Source: an uncultured Flavobacteriales bacterium
Lineage (GTDB): Bacteria; Bacteroidota; Bacteroidia; Flavobacteriales; BACL11
Direction of reading: 5' to 3'
DNA length: 64,000 bases
Assembly (NCBI GenBank): GCA_949372805.1
Contig: CASIBH010000006.1
Coordinates: 91,896 to 155,895 of the forward strand
Shown: one piece after another, positions 18,810-29,200 of the stretch
How the letters are laid out: each line of letters begins with the position of its first letter
How positions within the stretch are numbered: position 1 is the first letter of the stretch
Made by a program: the position numbers and the translations under genes
The notes under the pieces: model-generated
What the model saw: the letters and a program-made list of their open reading frames with translations, nothing else
Told to the model about the DNA's origin: nothing
Databases searched by the model: none

Positions 18810-19818
18810 ATTTCTTAAAAACAAATATCGAAAAAACTGTACTTCCTAGAAGGATAAACGCACCTATTTGATGAATTACGCCTAGCCATATTGGAACTCC
18901 CATTAACAATGTAATAACACCAAGAACCATCTGAAAGAAAACGGTTACTAGTAAAAACTTTATAGCAATATTTTCAATTTTTAAAAGTTTATGCTTTTTT
19001 GCTTCATAATATATATATATGATAAGTCCCAGTACAACAAATGCAAATGTTCTGTGAACAAATTGCACGCCGGCAATACCATTAATAAAATTACTCCAAA
19101 AAGGTTCCATTGCATAAACTGATTCTGCTATCCATCTATCATGCATTTTTGGCCAGCTATTATAAATTTTCCCCCCATCTAATCCTGCAACAAATGCTCC
19201 ATATATAATTTGAATGATAACAACAATCATTAAAATAGATGATAGTTTGTATAGTGTTTTTTTGAAATGAATTTTATTAGGGTAGATTAATTTTAAAGCA
19301 ACCCAGAAGGTATATGCAAAAGTTAAGAAGGCTGTTGTTAAATGTGTTGCAAGTCTAAAATGACTTACATCAGGATTATTAACAAGTCCACTTTTTACCA
19401 TCCACCAACCAATTGCTCCTTGCATTGCTCCCATAAAAAAAAGAATGAGACACTCGATAACTAAGCTTTTTTCTAATCTCTTTTTTATTAAAAAATATAT
19501 AAAAGGAATAATAAATACCAGACCAACAAACCTGCCCAACAATCTGTGTATGTATTCCCAAAAGAATATTGTTTTAAATTCACTTAAAGTAAACATAAAG
19601 TTTTGTTTTTGATATTCAGGATATTGTTTATATTGATTAAATGTATCTACCCAATCAGCATGATTTAATGGAGGTATAGCGCCAATAAAAAGCTTCCAAT
19701 CTACCATTGATAAGCCAGAGTCCGTTAATCTGGTTATTCCTCCAACAATGACCATCATGAAAATTAGCAAACAACCTGATATTAGCCATATTATAACTGA
19801 TATATTTTCTTGTTTCAA
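18802..19818 (-). CDS. ctaA: haem A synthase (COX15/CtaA family)
   Basis: GGITRLTDSGLSMVDWK block and conserved His-containing helices. The ORF track starts at 19896, inside the upstream gene. I prefer the TTG at 19818, which lies 9 nt after the upstream stop. The start remains uncertain. Confidence 0.8.
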   Translation of the reverse strand: MKQENISVIIWLISGCLLIFMMVIVGGITRLTDSGLSMVDWKLFIGAIPPLNHADWVDTFNQYKQYPEYQKQNFMFTLSEFKTIFFWEYIHRLLGRFVGLVFIIPFIYFLIKKRLEKSLVIECLILFFMGAMQGAIGWWMVKSGLVNNPDVSHFRLATHLTTAFLTFAYTFWVALKLIYPNKIHFKKTLYKLSSILMIVVIIQIIYGAFVAGLDGGKIYNSWPKMHDRWIAESVYAMEPFWSNFINGIAGVQFVHRTFAFVVLGLIIYIYYEAKKHKLLKIENIAIKFLLVTVFFQMVLGVITLLMGVPIWLGVIHQIGAFILLGSTVFSIFVFKKFN

Positions 19819-19829
19819 AGTGATAAATT

Positions 19830-20390
19830 TTAATGAATGTAGTATGGAGAAATCATAAAGTAAACAACTACTCCAGTAACGGCAACATATAGCCAAATTG
19901 GAAAAGTAATTTTAGATATTTTTTTATGCGAAGTAAATTCTTCTTGAAAGGCTCTAACATAGCTTATTAAAACCAATGGAATTAGAGCAATTGACAGCAG
20001 GATGTGTGATAATAAAATAAAAAGATATATATAAAGTGCATATCCAATTTCTAACTTTTCTTGCAAATCTCTTACCCCATCTTTGTTAATGTCTCCGTAA
20101 ACAGTTGATGCTGATGTCATATGATATGCAATATACATTAATAGAAAAATAAGAGAAAGAGCAATACATGTCTGCATTAGTCTTTGATGTAATTTAATTT
20201 TTTTTGATTTTATTGCAATTAAAGCAAGAATAAGTAAAACTGCCGTAAGCGCATTAAGTGAAGAATAAATTGGTGGAAGAAAAATTGGTAATTCATAATC
20301 TATTTTTACTCCAAATAAAATTGCAACAACAACTGGAATTACAATGGAAACAATTTTAATCCAAATGCTATATTTATTTTTTATTCCCAT
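19830..20390 (-). CDS. DUF420-family membrane protein (CtaM-like oxidase biogenesis factor)
   Basis: 186 aa with four or five helices and conserved His residues (KLHQRLM, YHMTS, LSHILLS). Its ATG shares one base with the aspS stop (TAATG). Confidence 0.65.
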   Translation of the reverse strand: MGIKNKYSIWIKIVSIVIPVVVAILFGVKIDYELPIFLPPIYSSLNALTAVLLILALIAIKSKKIKLHQRLMQTCIALSLIFLLMYIAYHMTSASTVYGDINKDGVRDLQEKLEIGYALYIYLFILLSHILLSIALIPLVLISYVRAFQEEFTSHKKISKITFPIWLYVAVTGVVVYFMISPYYIH

Positions 20391-22132
20391 TATTTTAACT
20401 TGATATTTAGTTCATCTAGTTGTGCTATATCAATTTTAGATGGAGAATCAATCATTATGTCTCTTCCTGAGTTATTTTTTGGGAATGCAATAAAGTCTCT
20501 TATACTTTCGCTTCCTCCAATTATAGCACACAATCTATCAAAACCAAATGCAACACCTCCATGAGGAGGAGCGCCATACTCGAAAGCTTCTGTTAGGAAT
20601 CCAAACTGGTCTTGTGCTTGTTCATCGCTGAATCCTAAGTGTTTAAGCATTAGTTTTTGTAGTTTTTTATCGTGTATTCTTATTGATCCTCCTCCAATTT
20701 CATTACCATTTAAAACTAAATCATATGCATTTGCTCTAACTGCGCCAGGATCATTTTCTAATTTTCCGATATCTTCTAACTTTGGAGAAGTAAAAGGATG
20801 GTGCATTGCATGATATCTTTTTGATATTTCATCCCATTCTAAAAGTGGAAAATCAACAACCCAAAGGGGAGAAAATTCTTCGGGATTTCTTAGATTGAGC
20901 AACTCTGCTAAATGAAGTCTTAATGCTGACATTGCTTTTCTTGTTTTGTCTTTTTCTCCACACATTATGAGTAGTAAATCTCCATTTTCACATGAAGCTT
21001 GTTTAGCCCATATTTTTCTTTTTTTGTCATCAAAAAATTTATCTACTGAAGATTTTGAAGTGCTATCATCATTGAATTTACAGTAAATTAGTCCAGAAGA
21101 ACCTACCTGAGGACTTTTTACATACTCCACCAATTTATCAATTTCTTTTCTAGTAAATTTAGCTCCACCTTTTACATTTATTCCTACAACAAATTCGGCT
21201 TTATCAAAAACTATAAAATCATTCCCTTTACATTCATTAGTTAGATTAATAAACTTCATATCAAATCTTATGTCTGGTTTGTCAGAGCCATATAATTCCA
21301 TTGCTTTATCATATGACATACGAGGAAATTCATCTAATTCAACTCCTTTAATTTCTTTTAAAATATGGCGAGTAAGTCCTTCAAATGTATTTAGAATGTC
21401 TTCCTGCTCAATAAATGACATTTCACAGTCAATTTGAGTAAATTCTGGTTGCCTATCTGAACGAAGATCTTCATCTCGAAAGCACTTTACTATTTGATAA
21501 TACTTGTCCATTCCCGCAACCATTAATAGTTGTTTAAATGTTTGTGGTGACTGTGGTAAAGCATAAAACTCTTGAGAGTTCATTCTGCTAGGAACAATAA
21601 AATCTCTCGCCCCTTCAGGAGTAGATTTTATTAGATATGGAGTTTCAACCTCAATAAATCCATCTTTATTTAAATACTCTCTAGTACAGGCGGAAACCTT
21701 ATGTCTTAAAATAAGATTTTCTTTAATTGGCTCTCTTCGAATGTCAAGATACCTATACTTCATTTTTAATTCATCTCCTCCATCAGAATTTTTTTCTATT
21801 GTAAATGGAGGAGTTTTAGAGGGATTTAATATTATTAATTCATTTACTTCAATTTCAATTTCTCCTGTTAAAATATTCTTATTTTTTGATGCTCTCTCAA
21901 TCACTTTCCCATTTACTTGAATGACAAATTCTCTACCTAATTTTCTTGCTTGCATACAGAGCTCTGAATTCGTATCCAAGTTAAATACAAGTTGTGTAAT
22001 TCCATACCTATCTCTCAGATCAATAAATGTCATCCCTCCTAGGTCTCTAGATTTTTGTACCCACCCAGATAAAGTAACACTCTCAGCTATGTTTTTTATA
22101 TTTAATTCTCCAAGATTATGAGTTCTAAGCAT
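20390..22132 (-). CDS. aspS: aspartate--tRNA ligase
   Basis: Class II motifs ([18 protein letters not shown] and GGGSIRIH) plus an OB-fold N-terminus. Length is 580 aa. Confidence 0.95.
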   Translation of the reverse strand: MLRTHNLGELNIKNIAESVTLSGWVQKSRDLGGMTFIDLRDRYGITQLVFNLDTNSELCMQARKLGREFVIQVNGKVIERASKNKNILTGEIEIEVNELIILNPSKTPPFTIEKNSDGGDELKMKYRYLDIRREPIKENLILRHKVSACTREYLNKDGFIEVETPYLIKSTPEGARDFIVPSRMNSQEFYALPQSPQTFKQLLMVAGMDKYYQIVKCFRDEDLRSDRQPEFTQIDCEMSFIEQEDILNTFEGLTRHILKEIKGVELDEFPRMSYDKAMELYGSDKPDIRFDMKFINLTNECKGNDFIVFDKAEFVVGINVKGGAKFTRKEIDKLVEYVKSPQVGSSGLIYCKFNDDSTSKSSVDKFFDDKKRKIWAKQASCENGDLLLIMCGEKDKTRKAMSALRLHLAELLNLRNPEEFSPLWVVDFPLLEWDEISKRYHAMHHPFTSPKLEDIGKLENDPGAVRANAYDLVLNGNEIGGGSIRIHDKKLQKLMLKHLGFSDEQAQDQFGFLTEAFEYGAPPHGGVAFGFDRLCAIIGGSESIRDFIAFPKNNSGRDIMIDSPSKIDIAQLDELNIKLK

Positions 22133-22152
22133 TTTGCTAATTTAATTTAATG

Positions 22153-22160
22153 CAAATCTA
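22153..22160 (-). promoter_or_regulatory. putative -7 promoter box TAGATTTG
   Basis: Exact TAnnTTTG on the minus strand, 20 nt upstream of the aspS ATG at 22132. Confidence 0.45.
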
Positions 22161-22183
22161 CAAAAATGACTTATAATATCCTC

Positions 22184-22191
22184 TATCTTTG
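22184..22191 (+). promoter_or_regulatory. putative -7 promoter box TATCTTTG, 4 nt from the ATG
   Basis: Exact TAnnTTTG followed by caga and then ATG at 22196. It lies inside the longer ORF-track model (22166), which favours the 22196 start and a leaderless or near-leaderless mRNA. Confidence 0.4.
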
Positions 22192-22195
22192 CAGA

Positions 22196-22645
22196 ATGGA
22201 AATAAATTTAAAAACAGATGAATATTTTATGCGTCAAGCAATTGAAGAGGCAAAAAAAGCACTTGAGTTTGATGAGGTTCCTGTTGGGGCTGTAATTGTA
22301 TGTGGTAATAGCATTATTGCGAGAGGTTATAACTATGTAGAGCATTTAAATGATGTGACTGCACATGCTGAGATGCAAGCCTTCACCTCGGCATCTGATC
22401 ATTTAGGAGGTAAGTTTTTAAATGAGTGTACATTATATGTTACGTTAGAGCCCTGTGTTATGTGTGCAGGCGCATCTTATTGGACTCGAATTAAACGAAT
22501 TGTTATCGGTGCCGCAGATAAAAAAAATGGATATAGAGAGATAGGTAAAAAAATCTTGCATCCTAAAACTAATATTGAATTTGGCTGTCTTGAAACAGAA
22601 TGTGGTAAATTACTGAGTGATTTTTTTAAGGATAAAAGAAAATAA
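22196..22645 (+). CDS. tadA: tRNA adenosine(34) deaminase
   Basis: CDA zinc motifs HAEM and PCVMCAGA. Length is 149 aa from the 22196 start. Confidence 0.9.
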   Translation: MEINLKTDEYFMRQAIEEAKKALEFDEVPVGAVIVCGNSIIARGYNYVEHLNDVTAHAEMQAFTSASDHLGGKFLNECTLYVTLEPCVMCAGASYWTRIKRIVIGAADKKNGYREIGKKILHPKTNIEFGCLETECGKLLSDFFKDKRK

Positions 22646-22648
22646 AAT

Positions 22649-22656
22649 TAAATTTG
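22649..22656 (+). promoter_or_regulatory. putative -7 promoter box TAAATTTG
   Basis: Exact TAnnTTTG, 14 nt upstream of the ATG at 22671. Confidence 0.4.
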
Positions 22657-22670
22657 TAAAAAAAATAAAT

Positions 22671-23084
22671 ATGTATCCAGAAGAGATTTGTACACCAATG
22701 CGTGAAGACTTAACTAATGTTGGTTTTGTTGAGATGAAAAATTTAGAAGATGTAGAGGACGTCTTAGAAAAGAAAGATGGAACAGTACTTGTAATGGTTA
22801 ACTCTGTTTGTGGATGTGCGGCAGGAAATGCAAGACCAGCTGTTAAAATGACTACAACTTTTGATAAAAAACCGACAGTTTTTGCAACAGTTTTTGCTGG
22901 ACAGGATATTGGCGCAACATCTAAAGCGCGCGAGTATATGCTTCCTTATCCTCCTTCTTCTCCTTGTATAGCTCTTTTTAAAAATGGGGAGCTAGTTCAT
23001 TTTATTGAAAGACATCATATTGAAGGAAGACCTGCTCAAATGATAGCAGAAAACTTACAAAATGCTTTTAATGAATATTGCTAA
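22671..23084 (+). CDS. bacilliredoxin (BrxA/BrxB, YphP/YqiW DUF1094 family)
   Basis: VMVNSVCGCAAGNARPAV contains the CGC redox motif. The start is moved to M19 of the ORF-track model, after the tadA stop. Confidence 0.8.
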   Translation: MYPEEICTPMREDLTNVGFVEMKNLEDVEDVLEKKDGTVLVMVNSVCGCAAGNARPAVKMTTTFDKKPTVFATVFAGQDIGATSKAREYMLPYPPSSPCIALFKNGELVHFIERHHIEGRPAQMIAENLQNAFNEYC

Positions 23085-23240
23085 AAATTAATAATAGTAT
23101 TAGGTCTTTTTTCTTGTTTTTTTACCCCATTTATTTTCTATATTCTACTAGATTGTTTATGTAATTTTATCATTTGCTTTAAAAAGCTTAATTTTTTGTA
23201 TCTTGCCAATCTTTAAACAAACATTTAATTATTAGATAAG

Positions 23241-26200
23241 ATGAAAAAAATATTCTATATAGCATCATTTCTTTGTTTTGGTTTAGTCTCCTTAAGTGTA
23301 AATGCTCAGGTTACACTAGATTCAGTTGTTGTTACAAACCCAATTAATTGTGCTGGTGATTTTGCTGATGTTGAAACATATATTACTCAAACTAATCCTC
23401 CTACTGTAATTCAATTAAAAGCATTTAAGTTTACTGGCTTTGCTTACTTGCCATACTTATCCAGTAGTCAGACATCTGGAACAAATGTGATCTTAAATGG
23501 GTTTGAAGCAAATGATTATGTTATGCTAATGGTTGATTCAGTTCAGTTTATTACAAATTATCCTGGACCTCCAGGCTCAGGTCTTTCTCAATTATTTTTT
23601 ACAACTTCAGATTTTGCAACTGCCCTTGCCGATACGGCATCAGTTCTTGATTCAGCTAACTTTACGGTGTTAGGTAAAACACAGCTGAATGCACTAACTA
23701 ATACTTTTATGACTAACTTGTGTTTTGGAGATTGTGATGCTTCAGAAATTATTTCAGTTTCTGGAGGAACACTTCCTTATTCACTAAATGGATTAACTTT
23801 TACAGGTTTAGATACTACATTATTGAATTTATGTTCAGGAAATTACTCTGTTGTTGTTTCTGATGCTAATGGATGCTCTACAAATACAAGCCCAACAAAT
23901 TTCCTTATTTCTGACCCATCTCAATTGAATATGTCTGCTATTATAAATTCAAACTATAATGGTCAAGATGTGTCGTGCTTTGGCGACTCAGATGGAGAAA
24001 TTTTAGCTTCAGCAACCGGTGGAACGCCTTCATATACTTATTCTATAGACGGATCAAATTATTCATCTAGCCCAATGTTTTCAGGTTTAAACTCTGGTCT
24101 ATATACAGTTTATTATCTTGATAATAATAATTGTTCAAGTTCAGAAAATATTACACTTTCTGATCCATCTGTTCTTTCGGGCTCATTATCTCTTACTCAA
24201 TCTGTATCATGTTTTGGTATTTGTGATGCTGAAATAAACTTTACAGTTGATAATACTCAAACTGGGACCGCTCCTTATACTTACACCATTGATGGTGGGT
24301 TAAATTTTCAAAATAGTTCAATCTTTTCTTCTTTATGTGGAAATGCTAACTATGATGTAGCTGTTTATGATGTAAACAATTGCTCTTATTCTCAAAATAT
24401 AAATGTATCGGAGCCTGCCTCTATTACTTTCGGTAATAGCACTTCTAACTTTAATGGATATGAAATTAGCTGTAATGGAAATAGTGATGGTGAAATTATT
24501 CTTTTTTCAATTCTAGGTGGAACACCTAACTACGCGTACTCAATTGATGGAGGTTTAAATTATAGTTCTAACACAATATTTTCAGGCTTAAGTGAAGGTA
24601 GCTACACTGTTGTTGTAATTGATGCATCTGGTTGTACAGCTGATAGTTTAATTACACTAGATGCTCCTTTACCATTTACATTATCTTCAGTGGAGACAAG
24701 TAATATCTCTTGCTTTGAAAGTTGTGACGGGGGAATCATTGCGGTTGCTGGTAATGGGGTTGGAATTATAAGTTATGATTTAACTGGTTTTTTAACACAA
24801 ACCTCATCTGTTTTTAATGGTCTTTGCGGAGATATCACGTATGGATCTTATATTTTAGATGCTACTGATGAAAATAGTTGTTCTGCTACAACTAATGTAA
24901 GTCTTAGTGAACCATTAGATTTTACTTATTCTGTTGATTCTTTTGCAAACTTTTGTGGAACCTCAACAGGAGAAGCTTCTATAACTGTCAATCAAGGAGG
25001 TACTCAGCCTTATTTTTATCTTTGGGATGACATAAATAATCAAACTAGCCCTACTGCTACTGGCTTAGATGCGGGTACATTTACTGTTGCCGTTACAGAT
25101 AATAATGGTTGTTTATTAGGAACTGAAGATATTATAGTAAACGATCAGGATATGACATTATCATTTACCACTACACCTCCTTGTAACAATGGTGGTGATG
25201 GTTCAGCAACTGTTATACCTAATGGTAATCCAGGATACTCTGTTCTATGGTCTAATGGCCAAACATCTTTTACTGCTACAGGATTAAATCCTGGTTTTTA
25301 TACTGTTCAAGTTACTGATATTTACTGTACAGTTACTGATAGTATTGAAGTTCCTCAAAGTTCTATTGTTGATATAAGTTTAGATACAATAACTTCAGAT
25401 TTATTAGTTGATTGTTATGGCTACCCATCAAGTGGTGTAACGGTAAACACAACTGGAGGAACAGGAGCTAATACTTATATGTATTATATTCCAAATATTT
25501 CTCCTACTCCACAAGCTTCAAATGTGTTTACAGGTTTATTTGCTGGTTCTTATCCAATTTACACATACGATGGTAACGGATGTTCTGATAGTGTTATGGT
25601 TACAATCTCTGAGCCTGATGAATTAACGTTCTCTACATATTCTTCAGATGTTAGTTGTTTTCAGGGAAATGATGGTTCAGCATATGTTGATAATGTCGAT
25701 GGAGGTCAGTCTCCATATACTTTTTCATGGTCAAATGGAGCTTCTAATTCTTATGTTTCTTCTCTTTTAGCTGGAGATTATTATATAACAGTTTTAGATG
25801 ACAATGGTTGTACTTCAAACCCGGCATCAATTTTAGTGACAATAAATGAACCAACTGAACTAACTACTTCTACTAACGTTTTAAGTAACTCTAATTGTGC
25901 TGGATCACAAGCGATAGCTTCTGGAGAAATTGAGGTTCTTGTATCTGGAGCTACACCATCTTACTCTTTTATTTGGAGTAATGGATCAACATCACCAATA
26001 ATTTCTTCTTTACTACCTGGAATTTATACTGTAAACGTTTCTGATGTAAATGGTTGTGTTGTGACAGATACTGCTGAAATTTTATCTGGATCAAATCCAG
26101 AATTAAATGTAATAGTTCAGAATGTAAGTTGTTTTGGAGCTAACGATGGAATGATGTTTACATCCGCAAATTTTGGAACTCCCCCTTATAACTTTAGTGC

Positions 26201-29200
26201 TGATGGCGGAAATACATTTGTCCCTTCAGGAACCCCTTTTGGTCCTGGGGGTGAAGCCTTTTATTTTATAACAGTTGTTGATTCTATTGGTTGTATAGAT
26301 AATGATTCGGTTTTTGTTTATGAACCAGAATTGCTTGAAATTTTAAATATTGATATTCAAAATATTAGTTGTAACGGTAATATAGATGGTGAACTAACTG
26401 TAATACATTCAGGAGGAAACCCAAATATTACTTATAGCTGGAATGATGTTAATAGTCAAACAACATCAACTGCTGTTGGTTTAGCTATTGGTTCTTATAA
26501 TGTAATTATTACAGACAGTGCTGGATGTGCTGATACATCTGGGTTTGTTTCAATATCCCAACCTGATAGTTTAATAATTACTTCAATTAGTTCTACAGAC
26601 GCTAACTGTTTTGGAGCTAATGATGGTTCTGTTTCAGTTGTTGTAGATGGAGGCACATTAGATTACTCATATAATTGGTCATTTGGGGGTATTAATCAAA
26701 CAGAGTTAGCTGTTTCTGCAGGAAGTTATAATGTTATTGTTTCAGATTCTAACGGCTGTACAAATACAGCAAATATTAGCGTAGATCAGCCATTACAAAT
26801 TATTGCAACTTACTCTAGAGATTCTGTTTCATGTTTGAACGGTTCAGATGGTTCTGCAACAGTTTTTGTTAGTGGAGGCTTTGGTCCATATTCCTATCTT
26901 TGGGATAATGGTAGTACTTTAAGTTTTGCAGATAATTTATCCTCGGGCTATCACAATCTCATAATTACAGATGCTAATCTATGCCAAGTTTTAGATAGTG
27001 TAGAAATTTTATCTCCATTATTTGATATTGCAATTGACTCCTTAATTATTAATGATGTATCATGTTATGGTGCAAATAATGGTTCATTAGAAATTGTTGC
27101 TTCAGGTGGAAACTATCCATATCTTTACTCAAATACTAACGGTTTTAACATGCAATCTTTAAATAGTTTTGTTAGTCTATCTCCTCAGAGTTATGTTATA
27201 TATGTAGAAGATAATAAAGGTTGTTTTGATAGAGATACAATTCATCTTACACAGCCAGACTCTTTATATATAGATACAACCATTTTTAGTAATATTCAAT
27301 GTTTTGGTGATGCTAATGGATCAATAGATGCAATTAATGCTTTAGGAGGAACAGGTGCTTACACATATTCTATTAATGGAGGTTTTCAATATAGTAATAC
27401 TTCATATTTCAATGGTTTTAGTGCTGGAATTTTAACTGTTGAGGTTTTTGATGCAAATAACTGTGTTGGACAAGATATTGTAATTATTAATGAGCCTAGT
27501 GAGCTATTTGTTGACATTACTGTTTCTGATTGGAATAATTATCAAATTAGGTGTAATGAAGATAGCTCAGGTTTTGCAAACTTTATTATAAGTGGAGGAG
27601 TTGCTCCTTATTTAAAATCATGTATTAGCAATAATGATACATTGGTATCTTCATATGTTAGTAGTGTAACAAACTTAAGTGCAGGTATATATGATTTTGT
27701 TGTTCAAGATGGCTATGGATGTATTTATGAGGAATCAATTTCATTTCTTGAACCTGCTCCTATCGAGCATAATTTTATAGCCACTCACATAACTTGTAAT
27801 GGTTTAGATAATGCTTCTTTAATTGACTCAGTCTATGGAGGGGTAGGGTCAGCAAATACCTACTCATATTTATGGGATACTGGTGAAACAACATATTCAT
27901 TAATTAACCTTTCTGTTGGAACATATTCAATAACTGTAACTGATGAAAATAACTGTGTCTCAGACTCAAGCTTTATAATAAATAATAATAACGCTTTAGA
28001 TGCTAGTGTTGATATGAATATTACAAGTGAAGTAAGCTGTTTTGATTTTTGTGATGGTGAAATTGGTCTTTTCGTTTCTGGTGGGATTCCTAATCTTAGC
28101 TCTAGCGGAAGTGCTGAATACAACTACCAATGGAATGATACTCTTTTACAGACTAGCTTACAAGCTATTGGTTTGTGTGTTGATAATAGTTCAAATATAA
28201 CAGAATATACATGTATTGTGTTTGATGCTCAAGGATGTAGCGATACAGTTTCTTATGCATTATCACAACCGGAGAAGTTAATTGTAACAGCTTCAATTTT
28301 AGAAGAAGTTTTATGTAATGCTGGAGATAATGGAAAAATAAATGCTAATGTAACAGGAGGTAATGGTGGAAATGAATTTTACTGGAATAATTCAAGTAAT
28401 TGGAATAATAGTTCTTTAAATAATGATCTATTTTCTGGTAGTTATGTAGTAGTTGCTCGAGATGATAAAGGTTGTCTTGATACAACAGAGATTTTCTTAG
28501 AACAACCAACAGAATTAGCAATATCTATTACAGAACAAGATATTAGTTGTTACGGCTCTGATGATGGTGAGATCACGGTAAATACTTTTGGAGGAACTCC
28601 AAATCCTGGCATACCACCTACTTATAACTATTTATGGTCTCCTGGAGGGCAAATAACCCAAACTGCTACTGGATTGTCTCCAAATATATATTCTGTTACA
28701 GTAAGTGATAATAATGGATGTTTAATTGTTAGCGAATCAGTTAATATAAGCGCTCCTACTAATCCACTTGTAATAAATGTTGATTCAATAGATGAAACAT
28801 GTGCTTTAAATGATGGAGAGGCTAGTGTAACTGTTTTAGGAGGAACACTTCCTTATAACTATAACTGGAGTAATGGAGCTAATACTTATTCAATTAATGG
28901 ACTAACACCAGGATCTTATTCGGTAGAGGTTTTAGATGATAACGGTTGTCAAGTTTCATCTTCCACAATAGTGAATGGGGTAAGTAATGTGTTTTTACCT
29001 GGAAACTTAAATATTCTAAATGAATCTATCTGTTTAGGAGAAGTTCTAAGTATAAATATTGAAGAAAAACCTGGATTAACTTATTTCTGGCTTGATGGAC
29101 TTACTCAATCTGACAGAGAGGTAAGCCCACAATCGAGCACAATATATACATTAGAAATTACTGATCCTAATTGTTCAATCCCTTACTTAGTTGAAGCGAT

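Noticed and set aside
15068-22121. Short ORFs at 15068-15364, 16620-16841, 19379-19561 and 21921-22121
   Set aside because: Each is nested antisense within a confidently assigned gene (the subunit III-like gene, subunit III/IV, ctaA and aspS). None has supporting signals.
23721-28975. Possible DNA-level tandem repeat or CRISPR-like array inside the giant gene
   Set aside because: The periodicity is at the protein level (repeats of about 75-80 aa) and the nucleotide copies are diverged. There is no short direct repeat/spacer architecture and the region is one uninterrupted ORF.
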